Shown in pieces: positions 18,412-27,773 of a stretch of DNA of 64,000 nt. The position numbers and the translations under genes were made by a program. The notes beneath the pieces were generated by a model. That model saw only the letters and a list, made by a program, of their open reading frames with translations, had not been told where the DNA came from and searched no databases. The stretch is from contig JAYUPL010000007.1 in assembly GCA_043760135.1 (NCBI GenBank), forward strand, positions 64,106-128,105. The letters are read 5' to 3'. Source of the stretch: Candidatus Parcubacteria bacterium (GTDB lineage: Bacteria > Patescibacteriota > Minisyncoccia > Phycocordibacterales > CAIZLB01). How positions within the stretch are numbered: the stretch's first letter is position 1; each line of letters opens with the position of its first letter.

Positions 18412-18774
18412 ATGAATGAAAATAACACAGACAAAGAAAAAGATTTAATTGTAAAACTAGGTGAAATATTTTGGTGCTATTTGGGTGTAAACGTTGGTTC
18501 AGAACAAAACGGAAGTGGAACTGATAAAACTAGGCCAGTATTAATTATTAATAAGTTTTCAGAGAAATTTTTTCTCGGAGCACCATTGACTAGTAAAAAA
18601 CATAAAGGCGATTGGTATGTAAAAATATCCTTTAATGATTCCTGTGTAATATTAAATCAAGTTAGGCCTATTGATATAAAAAGATTAATAGATAAAGTTG
18701 GGCAAATATCCGAAGAAGATCTAGAAAATATTTTATATAAATATGTTGATCTTATAAAACACAAAAAACACTAA
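18412..18774 (+). CDS. MazF/PemK-family endoribonuclease toxin-like protein (solitary)
   Basis: GEIFWCYLGVNVGSEQNGSG...RPVLIIN; APLTSKKHKGDWYVKI; ILNQVRPIDIKRL; paralog of 458..850. Confidence 0.6.
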   Translation: MNENNTDKEKDLIVKLGEIFWCYLGVNVGSEQNGSGTDKTRPVLIINKFSEKFFLGAPLTSKKHKGDWYVKISFNDSCVILNQVRPIDIKRLIDKVGQISEEDLENILYKYVDLIKHKKH

Positions 18775-19017
18775 ATAAATAGTGTTTTTTGAGCTAAACA
18801 AAAGTATTTTCATACTTTCGGCTGGGTAGTCGACCCCGAAACTGTAGCTTCATTTTAGCAAATAAGTTTAACTTGTCAAATTTATATAAATCGTCACTCG
18901 ACCAAAGTCGAAAGGATTGATAAAACTTCAACCCTCAAAGGTGATATTATTGTACCAAAAATATAATCTCTGTCAAACCTCGAAAAACCAATAAATCTAT
19001 GCTAAAATATTGTCTAT

Positions 19018-19569
19018 ATGTCATACAATTTTTCAAATTTCCTTACAAAAGCTAAATCCATAGAAGCTTGGCTACAAAACGAATATCAAAACATCAGAAC
19101 AGGTAGAGCATCAACAGCTTTTCTTGATCAAGTTCGTGTAGAATCATATGGAGAGATGGTTCCATTATCAAACGTGGCCTCGATAGGTATAGAAGATGCA
19201 AAATGTATCCGTGTATCTCCGTGGGATGGTGGGCTTATTAAAGCGATAGAAAAAGCTGTGATCGTAGCTGATCTTGGTGTTTCTACAGCCGTTGATGAAA
19301 AGGGTCTTCGTATCATTTTTCCTGATCTAACGGGAGAAAGAAGGATTCAACTTGCTAAACAAGCAAAAGAAAAACTGGAAGATGCTCGTGTATCTCTTCG
19401 TCAAGAAAGAAATGGAGTAAATGATGATTTGAATAATCAAAAGAAAGAAGGAGAGATGTCAGAAGACGACGTTGCAAGAGCTAAAAAAGAATTCGATAAA
19501 CATATGGAAACAGCCATGTCGTCACTCGACACATTATTCGCTAAAAAAGAAAAAGAAATTATAAACTAA
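19018..19569 (+). CDS. frr: Ribosome recycling factor
   Basis: Full-length Frr-like sequence (NIRTGRASTAFLD.V.VE.YG...L...A). Confidence 0.9.
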   Translation: MSYNFSNFLTKAKSIEAWLQNEYQNIRTGRASTAFLDQVRVESYGEMVPLSNVASIGIEDAKCIRVSPWDGGLIKAIEKAVIVADLGVSTAVDEKGLRIIFPDLTGERRIQLAKQAKEKLEDARVSLRQERNGVNDDLNNQKKEGEMSEDDVARAKKEFDKHMETAMSSLDTLFAKKEKEIIN

Positions 19570-20625
19570 ATGATCACTACACTTTTATTTTTACTCGTTT
19601 TATCAATCCTAGTTTTTGTTCACGAACTTGGACACTTTCTTTTTTCAAAACTTTTCAAAGTTCGTGTAGATGAATTTGCACTTGGATTTCCTCCGAGAGT
19701 TTTCTCATTTAAAAAAGGTGAAACTACTTACGCTCTAAACGCTCTACCACTTGGTGGATATGTGAAGATTCACGGTGAAAATCCAGAGGACGGTGATGAT
19801 AAAGGGGATAAAAGGAACTTCCAAAATATATCAGCATGGAAACAGATTGTTATATTGTGTGCTGGGGTTGTTTTTAATCTTTTGTTTGCATGGTTGTTAA
19901 TGTCACTCACTCTGCTGATAGGAACATCAAAAGTTGCACTTGATGGAGTGGATGATAAATACATCGAAGGACCACGTCAGGTGTTGATTCATCAAATATT
20001 AAAGGATAGTCCGGCAGATCTTGCAGGTATTAAAGCTGGGGACTATGTGGTGTCAGTAAATGGTTCAAGTACAACTGATATTAAACAAGTACAAGAAAGT
20101 ATTAAAAACGCTCCATCACCTTTCACTGTTGTATTATCTAAGGCTAATGCAACTTCATCTGTGGAAGTTGAGAAATCGGCAAATAACACTATTGGTGTTG
20201 GTTTGGCTGAAACTGCAAAAGTTCGTATGGGATTTTTTGCAAGTATCTACTATGGAGCTCAAGGAACATACAATCTTACAACTCAAGTTTTCACAGGTGT
20301 GGCTGGGTTTTTTGGAAAATTGTTTACAGGACAGGGCTCATGGTCCGAGGTTTCTGGTCCAGTTGGAATCGCTAAAGTTGTAGGAACATCATCACAAGAA
20401 GGATTTGTTTCTCTTTTGTTTATCACTATCATCATATCTATATCTTTGGCTGCGATGAACATATTACCGTTTCCGGCTCTTGATGGAGGACGTGTGGTGA
20501 TTGCTGTGATAGAGGGGGTGTTAAAAAGAAAATTACCTATCAAATTTGTGAATGCTTTAAATGGAATAGGGTTTATATTATTATTAACATTAATGCTAGT
20601 TGTTACTGTGAAAGATATATTATAA
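19570..20625 (+). CDS. rseP: RIP zinc metalloprotease RseP (site-2 protease with PDZ domain)
   Basis: HELGHF motif, PLGGYVKIHGE, PDZ segment, C-terminal TM with LDGG. Confidence 0.85.
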   Translation: MITTLLFLLVLSILVFVHELGHFLFSKLFKVRVDEFALGFPPRVFSFKKGETTYALNALPLGGYVKIHGENPEDGDDKGDKRNFQNISAWKQIVILCAGVVFNLLFAWLLMSLTLLIGTSKVALDGVDDKYIEGPRQVLIHQILKDSPADLAGIKAGDYVVSVNGSSTTDIKQVQESIKNAPSPFTVVLSKANATSSVEVEKSANNTIGVGLAETAKVRMGFFASIYYGAQGTYNLTTQVFTGVAGFFGKLFTGQGSWSEVSGPVGIAKVVGTSSQEGFVSLLFITIIISISLAAMNILPFPALDGGRVVIAVIEGVLKRKLPIKFVNALNGIGFILLLTLMLVVTVKDIL

Positions 20626-20637
20626 TTAATAAGAACA

Positions 20638-21981
20638 ATGGAAAATAACCCCTACAACAGTGATTATCATAAATATCTAGAAAATCTGAAAGCAAATTTA
20701 GATCAATCTAATGGGTATGTTAATTCTGGTCATCACACTGAAGGGGAAGTTTCCGCTCCATTAAAGCCTACCAATAGTTTGTGGAAGTTTGGTTTAGGGG
20801 CTGTTGGCGTTGCTGTTGTCGGTGTGTCAGTTGTTTCGTTTTTGACGCAGGGTGTATTATTGTTTTTTGATAAAAATGAAAAATCTCAAACAATTACAGT
20901 TGTGAAATCAGATCAAGAAAAAGTGAATGATGAATTAAAAAAAATGTATGTAAGAGCTGATTTGGATAGAGGTGTTTTTGCTACAACAACAGAGGCGACA
21001 ACTACAGAAATAAAAAAAGTTGAAGTTGCTGTAAAAGAACCTTTCGATATAACAAAATACTTCGATATAGATATTCCTGGTGTCTCTCGCATTGGATTTG
21101 ATGAGAGTATGGGTAATCAGTATTTAACTGATAATATAAATAAATACAGTGATAAAACTTTGGTTATAGGAACAAGGGAAAATCCAAATGAAATTTATCC
21201 TGGTGGAGACGATATGCTGGAAGATAAGTATGATCTTATTGCAAAGGCTACATTCCCGACCTTATCTTCGAGATCGTATCTTATGGCAGATTTGGATAGT
21301 GGTGAAATAATTCTAGAAAAAAACTCTGATGACATATATCCCATCGCTTCTATTAGTAAGATTATGACCGCAGTTATAGCAACAGAAAAAATGAATCTTC
21401 AAGATGTGGCTATTGTCTCAAGAGATGCAACCAATGCCTATGGTGGGCAAGGTGGTCTTTTGCTTGGTGAAAAAATAAGATTATCCGATCTTGTGTTTCC
21501 TCTTTTGATGGAATCAAGTAATGATGCTGCAGAGGTTTTTGCTGATCATTTTGGTCATCAAGAATTTATGGATGAGATGAATATTAAAGCAGCTTCACTC
21601 GGGATGAGTGATACGTATTATAATGACCCATCCGGATTAGATCCAAAAAATAGTTCAACTCCAAAAGATTTATTAAAATTAGTTCGTTATATTTGGAAAC
21701 ATGACCCAACAATATTTGACACTACTCGTGTAAAACAATTTTCTATCAAAGGTCACACATGGTTAAATAGAAATGCACAGCTTCCATTAGCAGGATATGT
21801 AGGAGGAAAAAATGGGTATATCGATCAAGCATTGCAAACAACAGCATCTATATTTGAAATTCCAACATTGAAGGGTGGAACTCGAAAAGTTGTGATCGTT
21901 GTACTCAAAAGTAACGATAAAAATGGAGATGTGGTAAAACTTATTAATTTCCTTAAGAAGAGCACGGTGTATACTCCATAA
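20638..21981 (+). CDS. dacA: D-alanyl-D-alanine carboxypeptidase (S11, PBP5-like) with N-terminal extension and TM anchor
   Basis: ASISKIMT (SxxK), MESSNDAAE (SxN), GGKNG (KTG-like). Confidence 0.7.
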   Translation: MENNPYNSDYHKYLENLKANLDQSNGYVNSGHHTEGEVSAPLKPTNSLWKFGLGAVGVAVVGVSVVSFLTQGVLLFFDKNEKSQTITVVKSDQEKVNDELKKMYVRADLDRGVFATTTEATTTEIKKVEVAVKEPFDITKYFDIDIPGVSRIGFDESMGNQYLTDNINKYSDKTLVIGTRENPNEIYPGGDDMLEDKYDLIAKATFPTLSSRSYLMADLDSGEIILEKNSDDIYPIASISKIMTAVIATEKMNLQDVAIVSRDATNAYGGQGGLLLGEKIRLSDLVFPLLMESSNDAAEVFADHFGHQEFMDEMNIKAASLGMSDTYYNDPSGLDPKNSSTPKDLLKLVRYIWKHDPTIFDTTRVKQFSIKGHTWLNRNAQLPLAGYVGGKNGYIDQALQTTASIFEIPTLKGGTRKVVIVVLKSNDKNGDVVKLINFLKKSTVYTP

Positions 21982-21995
21982 TAAATTTATTTATT

Positions 21996-22073
21996 TCATT
22001 CTGTTTCAGTCCTCGACTCTTGTCTAGGACAAAAGGTCTGCGAAGCGCTTTGCCTAGGGTAAAGTGACATTCC
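21996..22073 (+). repeat. Intergenic structured repeat, copy A (shorter copy of the 40593..40688 element, opposite orientation)
   Basis: Shares GTTTCAGTCCTCGAC...GTCTGCGAAGCGCTTTGCC(C)TAGG..AAAGTG.CATTCC with the reverse complement of copy B. Confidence 0.7.
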
Positions 22074-22092
22074 ATAAATAAATGTAAGAGAA

Positions 22093-23847
22093 ATGACCAA
22101 CCTAAATTTTTGTGGTAAAATCAGGGATATGCAAGACGAAAAGAAACAAAACGACATAACCTATTTTGGTGTTACTGATGCCCGTGGAAAACAAGTAAAA
22201 TTCGGTATCAGAAAAGAGGACCGTCTTCGTCATATGTATGCTATTGGTAAAACTGGTATGGGTAAATCAACTTTACTTGAAAATATGGCCATTCAAGACA
22301 TTCAAAATGGTGAAGGAATGGCTTTCCTCGACCCACACGGTAAAACCGCTGAATTGCTCTTAGAATTCGTTCCAGAGCATCGTATAAAGGACGTTATATA
22401 CTTTGCACCTTTTGATCTAGAGCACCCCGTAGCATTGAACGTGCTCGAAGATACAGCACTGGGAGATGAATCATCATCAAGTATTCGATCACAATTTATA
22501 GTGTCAGGTCTGATGTCAACCTTTAAGAAAATTTGGAAAGATCAATGGTCAGCTCGTATGGAGTATATTTTGAACTATACACTTTTAGCTTTATTGGAAA
22601 TTCCAGAAGCGACACTTTTGGACGTTAACCGTATGCTCTCAGATAAGACATTTCGTAAAGACGTGATTGATCGACTGAAAGAGCCAACTGTAAAAGCCTA
22701 TTGGGAAAAAGAATTTGCATCGATGACCGACAAGATGGTAGCCGAAGCTGTACCAGCTATTCAAAACAAAGTAGGACAATTTATTTCAAATGCTTTGATT
22801 AGAAATATTATAGGTCAAACAAAATCCTCATTCGATTTTAGACAAGCGATGGATGAGAAAAAAATAATTATTTTTAATCTTTCTATTGGACGTATAGGAG
22901 AAGATGCAGTAAACCTATTGGGATCTCTCTTTGTTACAAAAATATACCTTGCAGCCATGAGTCGTGCTGATATGACTGATAGAGAAATGAAGGACGTTCC
23001 AAACTTCTACTTGTACGTGGATGAGTTCCAAAATTTTATCAATGATTCATTTGCTCAGATTTTGTCTCAAGCTCGTAAGTACAAACTCGGACTTATTGTT
23101 GCGCACCAATATGTAAAGCAAATGTCTGAAATAGTTCATGATGCTATCTTTGGAAACGTCGGGACAATGATTGCGTATCGTATTGGTGCTGACGATGCCG
23201 ATGCATTTGAAAAAGAATTTAAACCAACTTTTTTACCTGAAGATTTTACAAACATTGGTCGTTTTCAAATGTATCTTAAACTTATGATTGATGGAGTAAC
23301 TTCGCCAGCTTTTTCTGCAACGGGTATGGGTCCATGGCCAGAACCAGAGCAAAGTTTTGTGAAAGAGATTATTGAATCATCACGTGCTCTTTATTCACAT
23401 CCAAGAAAAGATGTAGAGGCTCATATTTTAAAGTGGACATTGGGTGGAGATAGGGGCGGTAAAGCTGAGGGTTCTCAACCTAAACCAACAATAGATCAAC
23501 CAAGAAGAATGGAACAACCTCGAACTGAGCCAAGACGTGATGAAAGGCCACGAGAAATAAGTCGCGATCAAAATCGAGAGCCTCGAAGGGAACCTGTTCG
23601 AAATGAAATACGAAATGATAGACCAAGAACAGAATCAAGACCTCCTATGGATCGTCCTGTGCCATTGCATAACCCATTCAAAGTAGCTTTTAAAGAGATA
23701 GAAAAAGTTGATGAACCTGTTAAACAAAAAGAACCTGAAATCATTGATGTGACAAAAGTTCCAGAAATAACATTTGAACCAAAACTTGTAGAAAGAAAAG
23801 AGGTTGATGAGGATACTCTTAAAGACGTTTTAGGTTTGAAGGAGTAA
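22093..23847 (+). CDS. VirD4/TraG/TraD-like type IV coupling-protein ATPase (soluble) with R/E/P-rich low-complexity C-terminal tail
   Basis: Walker A GKTGMGKST; FLDPHG (DPKG-like); YVDEFQNF Walker B; tail RRDERPREISRDQNREPRREP. Confidence 0.5.
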   Translation: MTNLNFCGKIRDMQDEKKQNDITYFGVTDARGKQVKFGIRKEDRLRHMYAIGKTGMGKSTLLENMAIQDIQNGEGMAFLDPHGKTAELLLEFVPEHRIKDVIYFAPFDLEHPVALNVLEDTALGDESSSSIRSQFIVSGLMSTFKKIWKDQWSARMEYILNYTLLALLEIPEATLLDVNRMLSDKTFRKDVIDRLKEPTVKAYWEKEFASMTDKMVAEAVPAIQNKVGQFISNALIRNIIGQTKSSFDFRQAMDEKKIIIFNLSIGRIGEDAVNLLGSLFVTKIYLAAMSRADMTDREMKDVPNFYLYVDEFQNFINDSFAQILSQARKYKLGLIVAHQYVKQMSEIVHDAIFGNVGTMIAYRIGADDADAFEKEFKPTFLPEDFTNIGRFQMYLKLMIDGVTSPAFSATGMGPWPEPEQSFVKEIIESSRALYSHPRKDVEAHILKWTLGGDRGGKAEGSQPKPTIDQPRRMEQPRTEPRRDERPREISRDQNREPRREPVRNEIRNDRPRTESRPPMDRPVPLHNPFKVAFKEIEKVDEPVKQKEPEIIDVTKVPEITFEPKLVERKEVDEDTLKDVLGLKE

Positions 23848-24877
23848 TTTTGTCAAGAGTTTTGTCAAGAATTATTTTTCCACGACGCTCAAATAGCTTG
23901 TGCACAAGATAGGATAGACCAAGTATAAAAATAATCATGGCTGGAAATGATACATATAAAGGTATATTTTTTATACCTGCATAGGTAAATAATATTTTTC
24001 CAATTTGATGATGAAGAAGATATACGGGGTATGTTAAAAGTCCTAGTGTGTTTATATATGTATTATTTGGAATTTTGAATTTATTTAAAGAAATTAACAA
24101 AAAGATGATATAGAAAGATAAGAAATAAAGTGTAATAGTTGTTGGGTTAAATGGTACTCCATAACCTTCACTTAGATATGGGATTCTCCTTAAGGTGAAA
24201 ATAAGAGATGCAATAAGTGTGTTACACAATGCAAATATTCTCCAATTTGTTAAACCTTCTTTATAGACTTTATAAAATATGACTCCAGCGATAAAGTTTG
24301 GAATCCAAACTATTTCAGAGTCGACCACAATCGGGAAGATCAACATTAAAACTGATAAGATGATTGCCATAACTTCAATGTCTTTAAATTTTTTAAAGAG
24401 GAGTGATAAGAAAATAACAAAATAAAATTTCATCTCAACAGTCAGTGTCCAATATGTTCCATCAAGTGGATCAATATTGAAAAAATATGGAAGCATGGTC
24501 ATGCTGGCCCAAAATCGAGGCCATGACATATATGAAGATATTAAATGTCCGCCAAACAATAAAAACAAAGTGGTAATGAGAGCACAAACCCAAAATACAG
24601 GATATAGTCGCCCAACTCTAGATTTGAAAAACCCATAGGCATTTCTACCTTCGGCAGACAGGGAAATGACAAAACCTGAAATGATAAAAAATAAATCTAC
24701 TCCTAAGTATCCATACTGAAATAACTGTCGTAATACTGGGATATCTATATAAGGTATTTCCTTATAATAAAATGAGAATGCATAATGATATACAACCACA
24801 AAAGCCGCTGCAATAAAACGTAATGTGTTTATTGCACCAATCTTTTTAGTGTTTGAGGATTGTGATTCTAATGTCAT
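23819..24877 (-). CDS. Acyltransferase family 3 (OafA/OatA-like) integral membrane O-acyltransferase
   Basis: LRFIAAAFVVVYH...GYLGVDLFFIISGF; about 10 TM helices. Confidence 0.75.
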   Translation of the reverse strand: MTLESQSSNTKKIGAINTLRFIAAAFVVVYHYAFSFYYKEIPYIDIPVLRQLFQYGYLGVDLFFIISGFVISLSAEGRNAYGFFKSRVGRLYPVFWVCALITTLFLLFGGHLISSYMSWPRFWASMTMLPYFFNIDPLDGTYWTLTVEMKFYFVIFLSLLFKKFKDIEVMAIILSVLMLIFPIVVDSEIVWIPNFIAGVIFYKVYKEGLTNWRIFALCNTLIASLIFTLRRIPYLSEGYGVPFNPTTITLYFLSFYIIFLLISLNKFKIPNNTYINTLGLLTYPVYLLHHQIGKILFTYAGIKNIPLYVSFPAMIIFILGLSYLVHKLFERRGKIILDKTLDKITPSNLKRL

Positions 24878-24878
24878 A

Positions 24879-25655
24879 TTATAATTGTACCCAAGTTTTT
24901 GGTAGGATTTCAAGTCTATCAGACGACTCCGTATTAGTCCATTGTTTTGGGGCTATAACTATTTTATGAGGATTCTTGTTGAGATATGCAGCCCACCAAG
25001 AAAATGTTGAGTTGGCAATAATATTATGTGAACACTGACTCATCAACATAAGTTCTTCAGCTTCAGATATGTCCCCATTTGAAACGAAAGTCTCAGCACC
25101 TATCTGTATATTTTTTTTTGCCCATTCGATGTCGTCTGAAAATATAAAAAAATGAGGAGTGTTGAGTTGCGATTTAATATGATGCAAGGCTTTGTAATAA
25201 TACTCTAGATCACATAGTCCGTGGTGACTGTTGTTTACATAATCACCACGACGTATATGAATTGAGACAGAATCAGTTTGTATATTTTTAGCCACTTCTT
25301 GTGCAGCCTGACTTAGGGGATTTTTTAAAGTAAATTCTTTTAGGACTTGATTTTTGATGTCGATAAAATATTTTTCACTTTGATAATAGCTGTAGTTTCT
25401 AGTTATTTTTTGCACAACTTTTTTGAAAATTTTTATAAGCGGATTTACGGGTATTTGTTTAAAATTTTCAGATAAACTAATGTTGAACTTATCTAGAAGG
25501 AAAGGGCGGTGGATATCTTTTCTGGTATTGTTAAAAAATGATGTATCAAATATAATGTGCTTTTTATCAATCAGGGATAATTTTAATCCATATGCATATT
25601 GAAAAAGTTGGTTACCGAGACCGCCTTTGATTGTGATTATTTTTGTTTGTGTCAT
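24879..25655 (-). CDS. GT11 alpha-1,2-fucosyltransferase
   Basis: GGLGNQLFQYA; HIRRGDY; ANSTFSWWAAYL. Confidence 0.85.
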   Translation of the reverse strand: MTQTKIITIKGGLGNQLFQYAYGLKLSLIDKKHIIFDTSFFNNTRKDIHRPFLLDKFNISLSENFKQIPVNPLIKIFKKVVQKITRNYSYYQSEKYFIDIKNQVLKEFTLKNPLSQAAQEVAKNIQTDSVSIHIRRGDYVNNSHHGLCDLEYYYKALHHIKSQLNTPHFFIFSDDIEWAKKNIQIGAETFVSNGDISEAEELMLMSQCSHNIIANSTFSWWAAYLNKNPHKIVIAPKQWTNTESSDRLEILPKTWVQL

Positions 25656-26411
25656 TTATTTTAGTATACTCCTTAGTTTGTCTATGGTTTTGGCGAGTAT
25701 GTATCCATTATACGATTTTTTATATTTTTCTATAATAAGTGCCTGAGTATCTTTCCCTACTTTTATTTTCATGGCATTGCTCTGACTATTATGTTTTCTG
25801 TAGGCAGTTGTGTATTGGTGTAGATTGGCGAACTTATATTTCAGGCCTATTTTAAGCCACAGGTCATAATCTTCCCAGATAGCAAGTCCAACATCATACC
25901 CACCCAAGTTTAATATATCTTCTTTACGATACAATACGCTTGAGTGGCAAAATAGATTTTTCATCAATAGAAGATTCTTAATTATAAAGTTACTTGAAGG
26001 GTATTTTACTTTTTTGATGGTGTGACCTTGTTCATCGACAATAATCATATTTGATCCTATAAGGGTGTGATCTTTGTGCAGGTCCAAGAACTCGTTTTGA
26101 AGAGAAAGTTTGTTGGTATCAATCCAATAATCGTCACTATCGAGCACTGCAACATATTCACCGGTCGACAGAGAAAGACCTTTGTTTCGATTTTTGGTTA
26201 TCCCTAAATTTTCAGAATTTTTAATGTATCTAATTCGAGAGTCTGTGTATGAAGAAATTATCTCCTCTGTATTATCAGTTGAACAATCGTCTACTATAAT
26301 CAATTCCCAATCTTGAAAAGTTTGAAAAAGAACAGAGTCGATGGCTTGTTTTATAAAATGTGCTCGGTTGTACGTACACATTTGTATGCTTATTTTTGGA
26401 GTGTGTGTCAT
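25656..26411 (-). CDS. Glycosyltransferase family 2
   Basis: ISIQMCTYNRAHFIKQAIDSVLFQTFQDWELIIVDDCSTDNT; LDSDD. Confidence 0.8.
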   Translation of the reverse strand: MTHTPKISIQMCTYNRAHFIKQAIDSVLFQTFQDWELIIVDDCSTDNTEEIISSYTDSRIRYIKNSENLGITKNRNKGLSLSTGEYVAVLDSDDYWIDTNKLSLQNEFLDLHKDHTLIGSNMIIVDEQGHTIKKVKYPSSNFIIKNLLLMKNLFCHSSVLYRKEDILNLGGYDVGLAIWEDYDLWLKIGLKYKFANLHQYTTAYRKHNSQSNAMKIKVGKDTQALIIEKYKKSYNGYILAKTIDKLRSILK

Positions 26412-26427
26412 GTGAATTTATTTTAAT

Positions 26428-27156
26428 CTATTTTTTAATAAACCAAAAACATCCACAGCCGTATGTTTCATTTTTTACGAGGGCAGGATTGGCATTCGCT
26501 ATAATTCCGCCTTTTTCTCCAGACTCTGGGATAAGAGAAAATTCTTTTAATTCAAATCCATCAAAGTAGGAAATAATCTGCTCATATGAATAGATGCGGT
26601 GGGCGTTGAACTCAATTTTTGGTTTTCCTACCGGTGTTACGAACAAAAGGTTACCTCCAAGTTGAACTACTCTTTTAAGCTCGTCTATGGCTTTGATATC
26701 ACCTTCAGCATCTATTGGGTCGCCATACCTACCAAGTCCAATATGCTCGATCGTATGCATGCAAGAAATTGACAGAACACTATTATTATCAAATGGGAGA
26801 GAGTGAAGGTTTCCTTCAAGGCTTCGTAGTCCACTTAATTTAAGGTCGGCTGGTCTGTAGTCATAAAAATCCACATCAGTAAAAGCTGAGACGATTCCAC
26901 AGAAATATAAACTCGATGAGATATCAATGTGCTTGATCGGATTTATCTCTTTTACTTTTCGGGCGGCCCATGAAGTGTGATAGACATAATGTCGATCAAA
27001 TCCAGTCTTAATAGTCTTATCTTTTACTTGGGGATAAAAGTCTTTGAAGCTCAGGGAAAAACGATCTGATTTTGCGGCTTTTTTGAAGGCGAAATAATCC
27101 TTCAAGACAAAAGGAGAGAGAATTATTCTGATTGCTTTTTTAATGATTTTTTTCAT
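26428..27156 (-). CDS. SAM-dependent methyltransferase-like protein (DUF268-like)
   Basis: DISCMHTIEHIGLGRYGDPID...LKRVVQLGGNLLF. Confidence 0.45.
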   Translation of the reverse strand: MKKIIKKAIRIILSPFVLKDYFAFKKAAKSDRFSLSFKDFYPQVKDKTIKTGFDRHYVYHTSWAARKVKEINPIKHIDISSSLYFCGIVSAFTDVDFYDYRPADLKLSGLRSLEGNLHSLPFDNNSVLSISCMHTIEHIGLGRYGDPIDAEGDIKAIDELKRVVQLGGNLLFVTPVGKPKIEFNAHRIYSYEQIISYFDGFELKEFSLIPESGEKGGIIANANPALVKNETYGCGCFWFIKK

Positions 27157-27773
27157 TATAAAATATGAATTATGTCTTTGTCGGTAAATACCTTAAGTTT
27201 GAGATTTTTTGATTGCACAAACTCTACCAAATCTTTCATGTGAGGATAATTATCTGTTCCATTAAAAAGTCGAGCATCATCAATCAGTACAACACTCTCA
27301 TCAACCCAATGATTTAAGACAATTTCCAACTCTTTTGATATAGGTGTATGTCCAAAATCTGCACTAGCCTCTGTTATACCTGCTGAATAGTGCGCATCAA
27401 GCCAAAATAATTTTTTAGAAGTGTTGTTTTGCACTATTTTTTCAATCAATAGTCCACTATCTCCTTGAAGGATTTCGACCTGCTTTTTATTTTTAAAATA
27501 TTTTTTAGCTTCATTAGCCAAAGTCTCACTCAATTCGATTGAATAAAGTTTTTTAAAATATTTCTTAACGTAATTTGTCGTAACTCCCAAATAGGTTCCG
27601 GTTTCAATAAAAGTGTCTATGTTGAATAGTTCCTTGGCTGCCAGTATCTTTTCGATTTTATTAATATGAAAAAGCTTGTCTTTGTGTACCGATCGTTTTA
27701 TTTTTTGTATTAAAAATTCTGACTTGATGACAGCTATGTTTCTTTTAATATTGCGTTTTATGTTTTGTATCAT
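27156..27773 (-). CDS. Putative class I SAM-dependent (sugar O-)methyltransferase
   Basis: FIETGTYLGVTT...WLDAHY...VVLIDDA pattern (TylF/CmcI-like). Confidence 0.4.
   Translation of the reverse strand: MIQNIKRNIKRNIAVIKSEFLIQKIKRSVHKDKLFHINKIEKILAAKELFNIDTFIETGTYLGVTTNYVKKYFKKLYSIELSETLANEAKKYFKNKKQVEILQGDSGLLIEKIVQNNTSKKLFWLDAHYSAGITEASADFGHTPISKELEIVLNHWVDESVVLIDDARLFNGTDNYPHMKDLVEFVQSKNLKLKVFTDKDIIHIL

Noticed and set aside
18775-19017. 243-nt spacer before frr scanned for small genes/ncRNA
   Set aside because: Only a short out-of-frame ORF overlapping the frr start. It contains a TGCTAAAAT extended -10 that fits a plain promoter region.
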